From Candidatus Moranella endobia PCIT (lineage in GTDB: Bacteria; Pseudomonadota; Gammaproteobacteria; Enterobacterales; Enterobacteriaceae): a DNA stretch of 32,000 bases. The notes beneath the pieces are model-generated. The model saw only the letters and a list, made by a program, of their open reading frames with translations, made no database searches and was not told the origin of the DNA. The stretch lies in contig NC_015735.1 of the NCBI RefSeq assembly GCF_000219175.1, positions 180,001 to 212,000 of the forward strand, written 5' to 3'. The stretch's first letter is position 1; every line of letters begins with the position of its first letter. Position numbers and translations under genes: made by a program. Shown here piece after piece: positions 1-9,941 of the stretch.

Positions 1-1818
1 CTTGGTCGCCCGGATCTTACCAATAAAATTAAACTTTACAGTGGTGAAATTTCTCTATTTAGCCACTACCAGATTGAATCACAGATTGAATCTGCTTTTC
101 AGCGTGAAGTAAGGTTACCCTCAGGCGGATCAATTGTGATTGATACCACTGAGGCCCTTACTGCAATTGATATTAACTCTGCACGTTCCACCCGTGGCGT
201 TGATATTGAAGAAACCGCTTTTAATACTAACCTAGAAGCTGCCGATGAGATCGCTCGTCAGCTACGCCTACGTGACCTAGGTGGTCTTATTGTAATTGAC
301 TTCATTGATATGACTCCTGCATGTCATCAGCGCAAAGTAGAAAATTGCCTACGCGAATTAGTGTGTCAGGATCGTGCTCGGATTCAAATCGGACATATCT
401 CCAATTTTGGTTTATTAGAACTCTCCCGTCAACGCCTGCGTCCATCGCTGGGTGAATCAAGTCATCACGTCTGCCCCCGTTGCAGTGGCACTGGTACCAT
501 CCGTGATAACGAATCCCTTTCGCTTGCCATATTACGTCTTATTGAAGAAGAAGCACTGAAAGATAATACCCACGAAGTGCATGCAATAGTGCCAGTTCCT
601 ATTGCTTCTTATTTGCTCAATGAAAAACGTGAAGCCGTATCTGCAATAGAGAAACGCCAAGGTGGTGTCAGAGCCATTATCGTCCCGAATGACCAAATGC
701 ATACCCCTAATTACATGGTTTTACGTGTGCGTAAGGGCGAAGAAGCGTCTATTTTAAGCTATATGCTACCGCAATTACATGAAGCCGAGATGATACAGAC
801 TGCTGAAGATTTTACTTCAGAGCGTAAGCGTGTAGAAAAAACAGCGCAGGCTGAGTTAGTCATGTCCGATCAATCGCTGGTGAATGAGCAGCTGCCATAC
901 TCTGCAAATAAAGCCACTAAAGCTAATGCTGTCACTTTGCGGAACGTTGGTAATGCTCGCGGCCTTTTTGACCGTCTGGTTGCTAGCTTACAATCGATTA
1001 TTGGCATACCCATGCCACAACATCCTGAAAATAGTAACGTCGAAGCGTTAATAGCATCGTCTTCTGCAGAGTCAGCAACTAAGCGTAATAACGAACAGAT
1101 TCGTGCTGTGCAGAACAGTAGGCAAAATTGCCAAAATATTCGTGATTATAATCGTCAAAAGCGGAATAAGAACTACACCGAGATTGATAATTTTAACGAG
1201 ATAATTGACAAGAAGCAACATCAAGATCAGCTACAACAAAAACAACAACAAAAGCAACCTGGTAGTGAACCTGGTCAAGAAGATCGCAAACGACGACTCG
1301 TGCAGAAAATAGAAGCAATATCAACAAACACCGAGGTCATATCAGACAGTAACTATACTACCAGAGAAGCGGATAAACTGATTTATGACCAACCTCATCA
1401 TCAGCGTCGTACACTAACCAATCAAATTAGCGTAGTAGATCAGGTAAATATACTTCATGAATCTCAGATATTCGACAATTCGATCAATAATTTGACTGTA
1501 TTCAATGCGGTCAAAAAACAACATGATGATATCGAAAATTTTAATAATAATAAGAATACGATGCAAGATACGCAAGATATCAGCAATGCAAACAACAGTA
1601 GATTTGAAGACAACCAGACTAGCTTGCCACGTCGTTCTCGCCGGTCACCTCGTCATTTACGCGTTAGCGGTCAACGCCGTCGCCGTTATCGTTCCGGACG
1701 TTATCTAATTGCCTCACCGGTGGTAACGCTTACAAGTGCCGTAATATCTCCAGAAATAGCCTCGGGTAAAGTATGGGTGAGTTATCTTGAGCAAAAAAAA
1801 CCGGTGGTAAGAATATAA
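1..1818 (+). CDS. rne: Ribonuclease E; 5' end lies outside the window and the C-terminal scaffold is shortened
   Basis: Frame 1 is open from base 1 ([61 protein letters not shown]...), near-identical to my recollection of the E. coli RNase E catalytic domain. It carries the Zn-link CPRCSGTG, an amphipathic anchor-like [15 protein letters not shown], the Arg-rich [22 protein letters not shown] and [14 protein letters not shown]. Stop TAA is at 1816-1818. Confidence 0.95.
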   Translation, partial: LGRPDLTNKIKLYSGEISLFSHYQIESQIESAFQREVRLPSGGSIVIDTTEALTAIDINSARSTRGVDIEETAFNTNLEAADEIARQLRLRDLGGLIVIDFIDMTPACHQRKVENCLRELVCQDRARIQIGHISNFGLLELSRQRLRPSLGESSHHVCPRCSGTGTIRDNESLSLAILRLIEEEALKDNTHEVHAIVPVPIASYLLNEKREAVSAIEKRQGGVRAIIVPNDQMHTPNYMVLRVRKGEEASILSYMLPQLHEAEMIQTAEDFTSERKRVEKTAQAELVMSDQSLVNEQLPYSANKATKANAVTLRNVGNARGLFDRLVASLQSIIGIPMPQHPENSNVEALIASSSAESATKRNNEQIRAVQNSRQNCQNIRDYNRQKRNKNYTEIDNFNEIIDKKQHQDQLQQKQQQKQPGSEPGQEDRKRRLVQKIEAISTNTEVISDSNYTTREADKLIYDQPHHQRRTLTNQISVVDQVNILHESQIFDNSINNLTVFNAVKKQHDDIENFNNNKNTMQDTQDISNANNSRFEDNQTSLPRRSRRSPRHLRVSGQRRRRYRSGRYLIASPVVTLTSAVISPEIASGKVWVSYLEQKKPVVRI

Positions 1819-1999
1819 TTGTAACTACCGAGTAGTCACTACCAAATTGCCGACAAGATACTACTGTCAGTTGAACTGATGCGATTGATGAAAATATTCC
1901 AACGATAATATGTCACGCTAAGGGAAAATTAGCGTATGCTAATATAGCGTCAATATATATGACGATTACCAATAGATTTTCATGTTAAAATAATCAGCA

Positions 2000-2028
2000 A
2001 ACAACCAGGGTAAGCCGCCCCGGTTGTT
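2000..2028 (-). terminator. Candidate intrinsic terminator in the convergent rne/manZ gap
   Basis: The arms aacaaccaggg and ccccggttgtt form an 11-bp stem with one mismatch and a 7-nt loop. On the minus strand the hairpin is followed by tttgctgattatttt, 14 nt after the manZ stop. Confidence 0.5.
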
Positions 2029-2041
2029 ACTATAACTTAAC

Positions 2042-2896
2042 TTACAATCCTAACAGTCCAAACCAATATCCTGCAATACCTATAATAAAGAAACCAATAA
2101 TAATCCACAGTGCGTTTACTGTGCGTCGTAGAAGCCACATACAGCCTAAGGTAAGCAGCAATGGCACCAAACCTGGCATCAATTGATCAAGAACTGTTTG
2201 GACCGTAGTAACGGTAGTTTGTCCATCAGTGTTAGTAATACGGGAAATAACAACTGGAATATTAACTTGAGTCCATTTATTTACTAACGCTCCCAGAACA
2301 AATAGCCCAAGAATAGACGCCCCTTCGGTAATTTTTTTTAGTAAGCCGCCGCAACCAATATCATGAACAATATTCACCCCTTTACGATAGCCGTAAGATA
2401 TGCCGTAATAACGGGTAATTAGACGAACTAGGTTAAACATAATAAAAAATAACATAGGACCAAGCAAATTGCCGCTTAAGGCGATGCCGGCACCAAGAGC
2501 AGCAAATACTGGTCGTACGGTACCCCAGAAAATTGGATCGCCAACCCCTGCTAACGGACCCATTAGACCAACTTTCATACCATTGATGACGGCGTCGTCA
2601 ATTGATGCACCGTTAGCACGCTGTTCTTCCATGGCTATGGTGACGCCTAAAACCGGCGCTGCAACATAAGGATGAGTATTAAAAAACTCCAGATGACGTT
2701 TAAGCGCCTGCTTACGGTCTTCATTATTTTCAGGATAAAGGCGACGAATAACCGGTATCATCGTGAAACAAAAACCTAGCGCCTGCATACGTTCAAAGTT
2801 CCAGGATCCTTGAAAAAGATTAGATCGTATAAATACGCTGCGTATATCGCCAGACGTAAGTTTTTTTTGACCTGTAGCGTTAGTAGTATACAACAT
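2042..2896 (-). CDS. manZ: PTS mannose transporter subunit IID
   Basis: 284 aa, collinear with E. coli ManZ (SNLFQGSWNFERMQALGFCF..., GLMGPLAGVGDPIFWGTVRPVFAALGAGIA). ATG start at 2896. Confidence 0.95.
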   Translation of the reverse strand: MLYTTNATGQKKLTSGDIRSVFIRSNLFQGSWNFERMQALGFCFTMIPVIRRLYPENNEDRKQALKRHLEFFNTHPYVAAPVLGVTIAMEEQRANGASIDDAVINGMKVGLMGPLAGVGDPIFWGTVRPVFAALGAGIALSGNLLGPMLFFIMFNLVRLITRYYGISYGYRKGVNIVHDIGCGGLLKKITEGASILGLFVLGALVNKWTQVNIPVVISRITNTDGQTTVTTVQTVLDQLMPGLVPLLLTLGCMWLLRRTVNALWIIIGFFIIGIAGYWFGLLGL

Positions 2897-2914
2897 GTCT
2901 CTTACCTATTTTAA

Positions 2915-3715
2915 TTAATCGAGTTCATTATCAATATATTTAGTACTATGCTTCGGTATTGCATCTACTGAGACCCGGTTGTAGTTCGGGCTGAGCTGGA
3001 TATAGAGTATAGCCATTATTACCCCAATCACACCTATTGCTACTAGATTGACACTAGTGAATGCAGCGGTGACAAAACCTAGGTAAAAAAACGGCATCAA
3101 ATATCCAGCGCGCATCATATTAATGACCATAGCATAACCGACTACTACAATTATTCCGCCAGAGATATTTAGCCCATTAGTTATAACGTCAGGAATCAAT
3201 CTAAGCATATTGTGTATAGTGTCAGTACCGACCGATAAGCTGACTATTACTGCAGGAATGGCGATACGCATCGCCTGAAGTATCAGTGCCGAGATGTGGA
3301 TCAAACTAAGCACCATTAGGTTTCCACGTTCAGCAATACTGTCGGCAATATGCTGAAAAAAAACGGTTATGGTGCGCACAATGATGTTTAATACCTGTCC
3401 TGCTGCAGCTATTGGAATCGCCAGAGCGATACCAGCACCGACACTTTGATTACCGGCGATTACTAGAATGGTAGAAATAATTGATGCCAGCGCTGCATCT
3501 GGCGCCACCGCTGCACCAATATTCATCCAACCAAGAGCGATCATTTCCAATGTACCACCGATGATGATACCTGTTTTCAGGTCTCCCAGGATCATACCAA
3601 CCAAAGTACAAGCCACCAACGGACGATGAAACTGAAATTCGTCTAAAATTGATCCCATGCCTGTAATACAGGCAACAACGAATATCATAACAGTTTGACA
3701 CGTGGTGATTTCCAT
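2915..3715 (-). CDS. manY: PTS mannose transporter subunit IIC
   Basis: Collinear with E. coli ManY (MEITT..., GSILDEFQFHRPL, GGTLEMIALGWMNIGAAVAPDAALASIISTILVIAG; ends DNELD). I chose the second ATG (3715), 7 nt after AGGAG, which matches the E. coli N-terminus. The ORF track begins one codon earlier at 3718. Confidence 0.93.
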   Translation of the reverse strand: MEITTCQTVMIFVVACITGMGSILDEFQFHRPLVACTLVGMILGDLKTGIIIGGTLEMIALGWMNIGAAVAPDAALASIISTILVIAGNQSVGAGIALAIPIAAAGQVLNIIVRTITVFFQHIADSIAERGNLMVLSLIHISALILQAMRIAIPAVIVSLSVGTDTIHNMLRLIPDVITNGLNISGGIIVVVGYAMVINMMRAGYLMPFFYLGFVTAAFTSVNLVAIGVIGVIMAILYIQLSPNYNRVSVDAIPKHSTKYIDNELD

Positions 3716-3728
3716 CATACTTCTCCTA

Positions 3729-4697
3729 TCACTTATCTAGTTTTTTCAATAAATCTCGCAGTTGCAGGGGGTAATCACTGGCAACTTTACGAACTTCAAG
3801 CTTAATTCCACGTTCGTTGAGTTTTTTGAACGCCTCAATGTCTTTTGCATCTACCGAAACAGCATTATTAACCTGTTTTTTGCCATGCCGAAAGGCCATA
3901 CCACCAATATTGACTGATGTAATTACAACGCCACCCTCAACCAGACGCAAGACATCAGTCGGATTGGTAAATAATAACATGACGCGGTCATTTGCATATT
4001 TCGGATTATTATAAACACGGATAGCTTTTGCTACATCAACCACATGGGACGTTACTCCCGGAGGTGCCACCTGAGTGAGTAGATTTTTACGTAATGTATT
4101 TGCTGCTACTTCGTCGCTTACCACAATTATGCGTGTAATGTTAGTTGCTTTCGTCCAGCAGGTAACAACCTGGCCATGTATCAGACGGTCATCGATACGC
4201 GCCAGACTGATGTTCATGTGTACACCGTTGTTAATATGGTTACTGAGATCAGATGCTGCTATGGGAACTGCAGCGGTGACTAGTTCCACCTGTTTCTGTT
4301 CTGTAGCTTTCAGCACTTTTACGCCAATACGTCCGGTTTCCACGGCAGTGCAAACCAGGTTTTGAAAGGACTGATTATCATCACGGGCCATAAAAGTTTC
4401 AGTAAGCATGGGTATATTCACACCAGTAACCACTTCATAATTATCTTTATCGATAACAATTTGGCTAGCAGCATTAAAAGGGCTACCTCCCCAGGTATCG
4501 ACTAGAAACAATACACCAGCGGTGGTATCTAGATGTTCTAGACAGGTAGCATATTTTTTTATTAAAGTTTCAGTATTTTCGCCTGGAATGAAATCAATCC
4601 AGGCGACATTTTTTTGTGCACCTAAAATCATTTCCGATGTTTTAAGTAATTGCTCGGCCGCTGACCCGTGAGTGCCAATAACAATAGCAATACTCAC
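3729..4697 (-). CDS. manX: PTS mannose transporter subunit IIAB
   Basis: 322 aa, collinear with E. coli ManX (IAIVIGTHG, LVDTWGGSPFNAAS, ARIDDRLIHGQV, LFTNPTDV). GTG start with AGGAGG upstream. The Ala/Pro hinge of the E. coli protein is replaced by a different linker. Confidence 0.95.
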   Translation of the reverse strand: MSIAIVIGTHGSAAEQLLKTSEMILGAQKNVAWIDFIPGENTETLIKKYATCLEHLDTTAGVLFLVDTWGGSPFNAASQIVIDKDNYEVVTGVNIPMLTETFMARDDNQSFQNLVCTAVETGRIGVKVLKATEQKQVELVTAAVPIAASDLSNHINNGVHMNISLARIDDRLIHGQVVTCWTKATNITRIIVVSDEVAANTLRKNLLTQVAPPGVTSHVVDVAKAIRVYNNPKYANDRVMLLFTNPTDVLRLVEGGVVITSVNIGGMAFRHGKKQVNNAVSVDAKDIEAFKKLNERGIKLEVRKVASDYPLQLRDLLKKLDK

Positions 4698-5701
4698 TGG
4701 AACCTCCTATATATTGATAAATGAATTATGCACCTCAAACGAAAGACTTGTTGAGGATTATAACGTTTATACCTTATTTATCACTGTAAATTCAGTATAG
4801 TAAATCATGATTTATGAGAGTTTGTAAAAAATAAAAACCAATTATTTGGCTGATAAAATTTGTACAATCTAAGAACAAAGCATAGTTGAGGTGAAGTATG
4901 AACAGACCATCACAGGAAACAGTTTTTTTGCTGGGCGGTAATTAATAACGGATAGAGTTAAATTCTCAAAGCAGACGGTTAGCTAGCGTTTAGTAATGGT
5001 ATCAAACATACCACAGCATCCAAGTCGCATTAGTTTTGAAGTAGTTTTATAAAAGTTTAATAAAATTCTGTTTTTTTGTTGCTGTTAGCAATCAGACTAT
5101 AACCGACAATGTCGTAAATAATATTGGTTAGCCAACATAATATGATAGTTAAGTATGGCAATATTGGTATTCATCGTACCAAAACAGCTTAGCTAAACAG
5201 CTAAGCTAACTAACATAACCCATCCATAAACCATAACCAATATACCACAGCACTACGACGCTGTGGTTCAATACTGTCAATAATTTTCATCAACAGTGTA
5301 ACTTTGGTACGCCATTCATATGTAACCTGCCGGGGGAGGTAAAGCATATGCCATCATATAATAGACAATTATAGTAAAGGTCTGTCTATATAGCAAACAC
5401 CAATCAATGATTGAGCTACAAGGTTAATATCATTACGTAGCAAGTCAACCATGATTAAGCTTCTGTTTTACGTATTTGGTATTAGTTAGCTTGATCAATA
5501 TTCCTGATTACTGTAATTGGGCGGGTTCACCACCTTCTAGCGAGCGCCGCTACCAGAATTCATAACTGCTACGGCTAGGTAAGTTTTATTACCTAATTTT
5601 GTGTGTTTATTCAGTGCTATAATGTCATAGTACTAGCTTAATGCTGAATGCCATAAACATAACAGTAGTAATTTACGTAGTTACTGTTAAACAGAAAAAC
5701 T

Positions 5702-5893
5702 ATGTTAAACAATTGGCTTATATTAACTCATCATCAACAGCAAAAAGCCGTTGAACATATTCAGGCATTAATAGCCAACAGCATGAGTAGCAGTGAAGCT
5801 ATTTCGCTGGTTGCTAGCGCACTACGTGCAGAACAACTAGCAAAATGTTCAACTGAAATTGAGATGATGATTAGACTAAGCCAAGAACATTAA
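5702..5893 (+). CDS. yoaH: UPF0181 family small protein YoaH
   Basis: 63 aa. [36 protein letters not shown] aligns with E. coli YoaH [36 protein letters not shown]. There is no obvious SD. Confidence 0.8.
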   Translation: MLNNWLILTHHQQQKAVEHIQALIANSMSSSEAISLVASALRAEQLAKCSTEIEMMIRLSQEH

Positions 5894-6183
5894 GCGCAAG
5901 TGGCCTACTCTGGCTAAAATGGTGCAGTAATTTACTGTGATTGTATTTTGTAACTATTTTCATGGTTATAATAACCCCCATGCTAATAGAATATTTTACA
6001 GTCATTGCACGCCACCGCCATCAAATATATAGAATGTTGGCTATATCTACCAAGATAACTATATCAACCAACTCACAGTAGACTATAACTGATCTCATGA
6101 TCATTCTAATTACTATGAGGTACAATGTTAGTAAAATTGAAACACGCTAGTTTCAGTTATAAGTTATTATATAACAATTATTT

Positions 6184-6705
6184 ATGAATCAATTTATGAT
6201 TTTTTGCTCAACAAAACGTGTAGCTTGGTTACTATTGGCACTTACTGCATTCGCACTGGAGCTTATCGCACTCTACTTTCAGATTGTTTTGCTGCTTAAT
6301 CCTTGTGTATTGTGTACATATCAACGTTACGCTCTTTACGGTATAGTTGTAGCCGGACTGTTAGGGGCCATAGCGCCTAACAGTCCGCTACTGCGTTTTT
6401 TTGGGCTAACAATTTGGCTATATAGTGCCTGGCAAGGACTGATACTAGCGATAAAACATACCGATATTCAACTTCATCCATCCACGTTCGTGACCTGTAA
6501 ATTTTTTATTAATTTCCCGTTCTGGCTACCGTTTGGCAAGCAACTACCATCTAACGATTGCACTGTCCACCAATGGCATTTTTGTTCGATGAAAATACCA
6601 CAATGGTTGATACTAATATTCAGTGTTTATCTAGCAGTAGCGGCGGTTATGTTTATTTCACAATGTTTATCTACGTGCAAACGTTACTTTTTTAACAAAA
6701 AATAG
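6184..6705 (+). CDS. dsbB: Disulfide bond formation protein B
   Basis: 173 aa. It has the CVLC redox pair followed by the conserved Arg (CVLCTYQR), and a second Cys pair (TCKF ... NDCTV). It is collinear with E. coli DsbB, but the second periplasmic loop is about 5-6 residues shorter. Confidence 0.9.
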   Translation: MNQFMIFCSTKRVAWLLLALTAFALELIALYFQIVLLLNPCVLCTYQRYALYGIVVAGLLGAIAPNSPLLRFFGLTIWLYSAWQGLILAIKHTDIQLHPSTFVTCKFFINFPFWLPFGKQLPSNDCTVHQWHFCSMKIPQWLILIFSVYLAVAAVMFISQCLSTCKRYFFNKK

Positions 6706-6717
6706 AATCAGCTATTA

Positions 6718-6754
6718 AACAGTATTTAGTTCTATTTTAGAACTAAATACTGTT
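6718..6754 (+). terminator. Perfect 17-bp stem / 3-nt loop hairpin 13 nt after the dsbB stop
   Basis: aacagtatttagttcta-ttt-tagaactaaatactgtt. Every position pairs (6718-6734 with 6738-6754). It is followed by cttgtatgttt, which is only a weak U-tract. Confidence 0.5.
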
Positions 6755-6997
6755 CTTGTATGTTTAACTACGGGCAGTACGATATTTATACTAATATTCG
6801 ATAAATTATTGGCACTTTGATTAGTATTGTTGAGTTTCTATATCCGCTTATTAGAATAAATCATTGATATAATAGTATTTGTCGCAGTTTACCAGCAGTT
6901 CTTTAGTCTGTTATATTTATAACATATACAGTACGATAGGATGTCATCTACTGTGGTTCAGCTGGCAACAACACGTATTAAGACTGAGTTAGGAGAA

Positions 6998-7687
6998 ATG
7001 TCGAAAACGTCAATTAAATTGAAAGGTAGTAATTTTACTTTATCAGTCATTTATGTGTATGATGCGCAACCAGAGGAAATACGTCAGGCAATCGAGGAAA
7101 AAGTTAAACAAGCACCTGGCTTTTTGAAAGATGCACCTGTTGTCATCAACGTCTCTGGCCTCAGTGACGATACTCAATGGGATACAATTTCTAAGGCCGT
7201 GCTGGCTACCAATCTACATATTATCGGCGTCAGCGGTTGTCGCGATAGTCAATTGAAACAGGCAATTGCTAGCAGCGGACTACCACTGCTTACCGAAGAC
7301 CAAGTAAAAAAAAAGCGCAGCTTAACAGATACTACCCAGCCTCAAGTGCCAGCCGCGGTAAAAACGCAGCTTGTTAATATGCCAGTGCGCTCTGGACAGC
7401 AAATTTACGCCCGTAACAGCGATCTAATCGTAACAAGTAGCGTTAGCTCAGGCGCCGAGCTTATGGCCGATGGCAATATACATATCTATGGCATGATGCG
7501 AGGTCGCGCTCTTGCCGGTGCATCAGGCGACGTTGAGTGCCAGATTTTCTGTGCTAATTTTTCCCCAGAACTAGTATCAATAGCCGGTAAGTATTGGTTA
7601 ATTGATACCATTCCAGCGGAATTTTTAGATAAGGCAGTGCGGTTATTTCTACAAGACGGCACGCTTACCATTCATCATTTAACTTAG
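6998..7687 (+). CDS. minC: Septum site-determining protein MinC
   Basis: [17 protein letters not shown] aligns with the E. coli MinC N-terminus MSNTPIELKGSSFTLSV. AGGAG lies at 6991-6995. The C-terminal [20 protein letters not shown] is conserved. The ORF track extends upstream to 6941, which I treat as non-coding. Confidence 0.9.
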   Translation: MSKTSIKLKGSNFTLSVIYVYDAQPEEIRQAIEEKVKQAPGFLKDAPVVINVSGLSDDTQWDTISKAVLATNLHIIGVSGCRDSQLKQAIASSGLPLLTEDQVKKKRSLTDTTQPQVPAAVKTQLVNMPVRSGQQIYARNSDLIVTSSVSSGAELMADGNIHIYGMMRGRALAGASGDVECQIFCANFSPELVSIAGKYWLIDTIPAEFLDKAVRLFLQDGTLTIHHLT

Positions 7688-7708
7688 CCCTTGACAAGGA
7701 ATCTATTT

Positions 7709-8524
7709 ATGGCACGTATTATAGTTGTTACTTCTGGTAAAGGGGGCGTTGGAAAAACCACATCAAGCGCGTCCATCGCTACCGGTTTAGCCCGCAAAGG
7801 AAAAAAAACCGTAGTAATCGATTTTGATATCGGACTACGAAACCTAGATTTGATCATGGGTTGTGAGCGGAGAGTAGTATATGACTTTGTCAATGTCGTC
7901 CAGGGAGCTGCTCGATTGACTCAGGCGCTTATAAAAGATAAGCGTACAGATAATTTATATATTTTGCCTGCTTCTCAGACTAAGGACCAAGATGCTCTAA
8001 CCTGCGCCGGTGTAGAAAAGTTATTGAATGATCTTAACAAGATGGAATTCGATTTTATTGTTTGCGATTCACCAGCTGGTATTGAAACGGGTGCCCTAAT
8101 GGCACTTTATTTTGCTGATGAAGCGATCATAACAACCAATCCGGAAGTTTCGTCAGTGCGTGACTCTGACCGAATTCTAGGTATTCTATCGTCTAAATCG
8201 CGTCGTGCTGAGATTGGTCAGGAACCAATTAAAGAGCACCTACTGTTGAACCGTTATAATCCTGGTCGTGTCAGTCGCGGTGATATGCTAAGTATAGATG
8301 ATGTTATTGAAATTCTGCGCATTCCTCTGGTAGGCGTTATTCCGGAGGACCAATCGGTATTGCAAGCATCTAACCAAGGTGAGCCTGTCATTCTTAATGA
8401 GGATTCTGATGCTGGCCAAGCTTATTCAGATATGGTTGATCGTCTTTTAGGGCAAGAATGTCCCTTCCGATTTATCGCCGAACCACAAAAAAAGAGCTTA
8501 CTGAAACGCCTGTTTGGAGTATAA
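7709..8524 (+). CDS. minD: Septum site-determining ATPase MinD
   Basis: MARIIVVTSGKGGVGKTT carries the deviant Walker A motif. The sequence is collinear with E. coli MinD and the membrane-targeting tail LLKRLFGV is retained. Confidence 0.95.
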   Translation: MARIIVVTSGKGGVGKTTSSASIATGLARKGKKTVVIDFDIGLRNLDLIMGCERRVVYDFVNVVQGAARLTQALIKDKRTDNLYILPASQTKDQDALTCAGVEKLLNDLNKMEFDFIVCDSPAGIETGALMALYFADEAIITTNPEVSSVRDSDRILGILSSKSRRAEIGQEPIKEHLLLNRYNPGRVSRGDMLSIDDVIEILRIPLVGVIPEDQSVLQASNQGEPVILNEDSDAGQAYSDMVDRLLGQECPFRFIAEPQKKSLLKRLFGV

Positions 8525-8842
8525 GCCACATTTTATTTTTTTTATAGTACGTTTTATGGCAGGAAAGCTAATAATAATGAGGGATGGTATTGAGGACACC
8601 ATTTAGTACAACTCAAGCAATATTACCTTAACATTTCTGGTCGAGTGATTTTGATGGGCTGAGAGCAAATTTGCTGTAAAAACGTACTGTGCCACGAATA
8701 TGGTCAATATGTTTGGATCTATAAGCAAGCAATACCTCTATTGGGCAGTAAAAATCCATTGCTGTCTATGACAATAGGTACGAAGAAATATTAATTTTTT
8801 TTCAAAAAAAATAACTATACTATCTTCCAGGATTTGACAGCT

Positions 8843-9097
8843 ATGGTATTAATTGATTTTTTTCTAGCCCGTAAAAAAAATACAGCCAATATAGCAAAAG
8901 AACGTCTGCATAGCATAGTTGCTGAACGACGAGGTTCTAACGAACCTTATTATTTGCCTCAATTGAAAAGTGATCTTCTGGAAGTTATTAGTAAATATGC
9001 AAAAATAGATATTACAATGATTTCTATTCAGTTAGATCAAAAAGATGAGAATCTATCTATTCTGGAACTTAACGTCAAGTTAACTGACACACACTGA
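8843..9097 (+). CDS. minE: Cell division topological specificity factor MinE
   Basis: [30 protein letters not shown] aligns with E. coli [33 protein letters not shown] is at 8843. Confidence 0.9.
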   Translation: MVLIDFFLARKKNTANIAKERLHSIVAERRGSNEPYYLPQLKSDLLEVISKYAKIDITMISIQLDQKDENLSILELNVKLTDTH

Positions 9098-9203
9098 AAA
9101 TAACAACGAACGATAACCACTTACTACTCAGCTATATCAGTTAAATTAACGGTTATTAATAATGCTATTATTATACATTGGATGTTGATTAGCAGCTTCA
9201 TTC

Positions 9204-9941
9204 TTAATTAGCAGATGCAGATAATTTTCCATTTATCAATTTAGGTGCGTCTAGGGAATTTTTACATGCAACTGCATTACGTAAATAAGTTGGTTCTACA
9301 AGTACGACCGCATGATTATTGCCGTGTCGATAATGATGAAGCGCTAGCGGTAAAATATCTTGTGCGCTTGGGAACAACGTTTTACCTGATACTAACTTTA
9401 AACCAACGTGATTTAGTAGTGTTGGATAGGTTTGCCAACCGGTACCGGCGGTAGCCCAGCATCCGGTTAAATCTGTACTTATAGCAGCTAGTACATCCGG
9501 TACTACTATTTTTTCGTGTTCTTCGCCTAACCAAACGCCATCATGACGTTTATACGTCGCCCAATACACTTCTCCCATACGCGCATCTATGGCGGTCAGC
9601 ACCTTGCATATACCAGTACGTCGCCAAGCGCCTTCAGCCAGTGCTGCTAGCGTGGAAACGCCAATAAGCTGCAGATTGGCCCCAAGCGCAAGTCCCTGGG
9701 CAATGCAGATGCTAATACGAACACCAGTAAAGCTGCCTGGGCCACGACCAAAAGCGATAGCGTCTAGACTATATAGACTAATGTCAGCCTCTGCTAAAAG
9801 GCTATCTACCATAGGAAGAATGAGTTGCGTGTGTTCGCGAGGTGCCACAACAAATCGTTCCAGAACAACCTCGTTGTCTAGCATCAGCGCGGCAGAACAA
9901 GCGGCGGTAGTGCTATCAATGGCTAAAATATGGGTAGCCAT
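9204..9941 (-). CDS. tsaB: tRNA t6A37 biosynthesis protein TsaB (YeaZ)
   Basis: MATHILAIDSTTAACSAAL..., PREHTQLILPMV and GRGPGSFTGVRI are collinear with E. coli TsaB. The start is set at the Met matching the E. coli N-terminus. Confidence 0.9.
   Translation of the reverse strand: MATHILAIDSTTAACSAALMLDNEVVLERFVVAPREHTQLILPMVDSLLAEADISLYSLDAIAFGRGPGSFTGVRISICIAQGLALGANLQLIGVSTLAALAEGAWRRTGICKVLTAIDARMGEVYWATYKRHDGVWLGEEHEKIVVPDVLAAISTDLTGCWATAGTGWQTYPTLLNHVGLKLVSGKTLFPSAQDILPLALHHYRHGNNHAVVLVEPTYLRNAVACKNSLDAPKLINGKLSASAN

Noticed and set aside
1793-1800. The A8 tract just before the RNase E stop as a slippage site that could restore a longer C-terminal domain
   Set aside because: I translated both shifted frames. 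A7 gives a stop after 3 codons and A9 gives a stop after 11 codons, so slippage cannot extend the protein meaningfully.
5182-5207. Two tandem 13-nt units (aaacagcttagct / aaacagctaagct) as a possible repeat array or CRISPR-like feature
   Set aside because: There are only two units with no spacers. The units are mutually reverse-complementary and simply form one 9-bp hairpin.
6941-6997. N-terminal extensions given by the ORF track for minC (6941), minD (7691, TTG), minE (8834), rplY (13308), rmuC (15718) and tsaB (9953)
   Set aside because: Internal ATGs align with the E. coli N-termini and are preceded by SD-like motifs, so the extensions are treated as upstream non-coding sequence.
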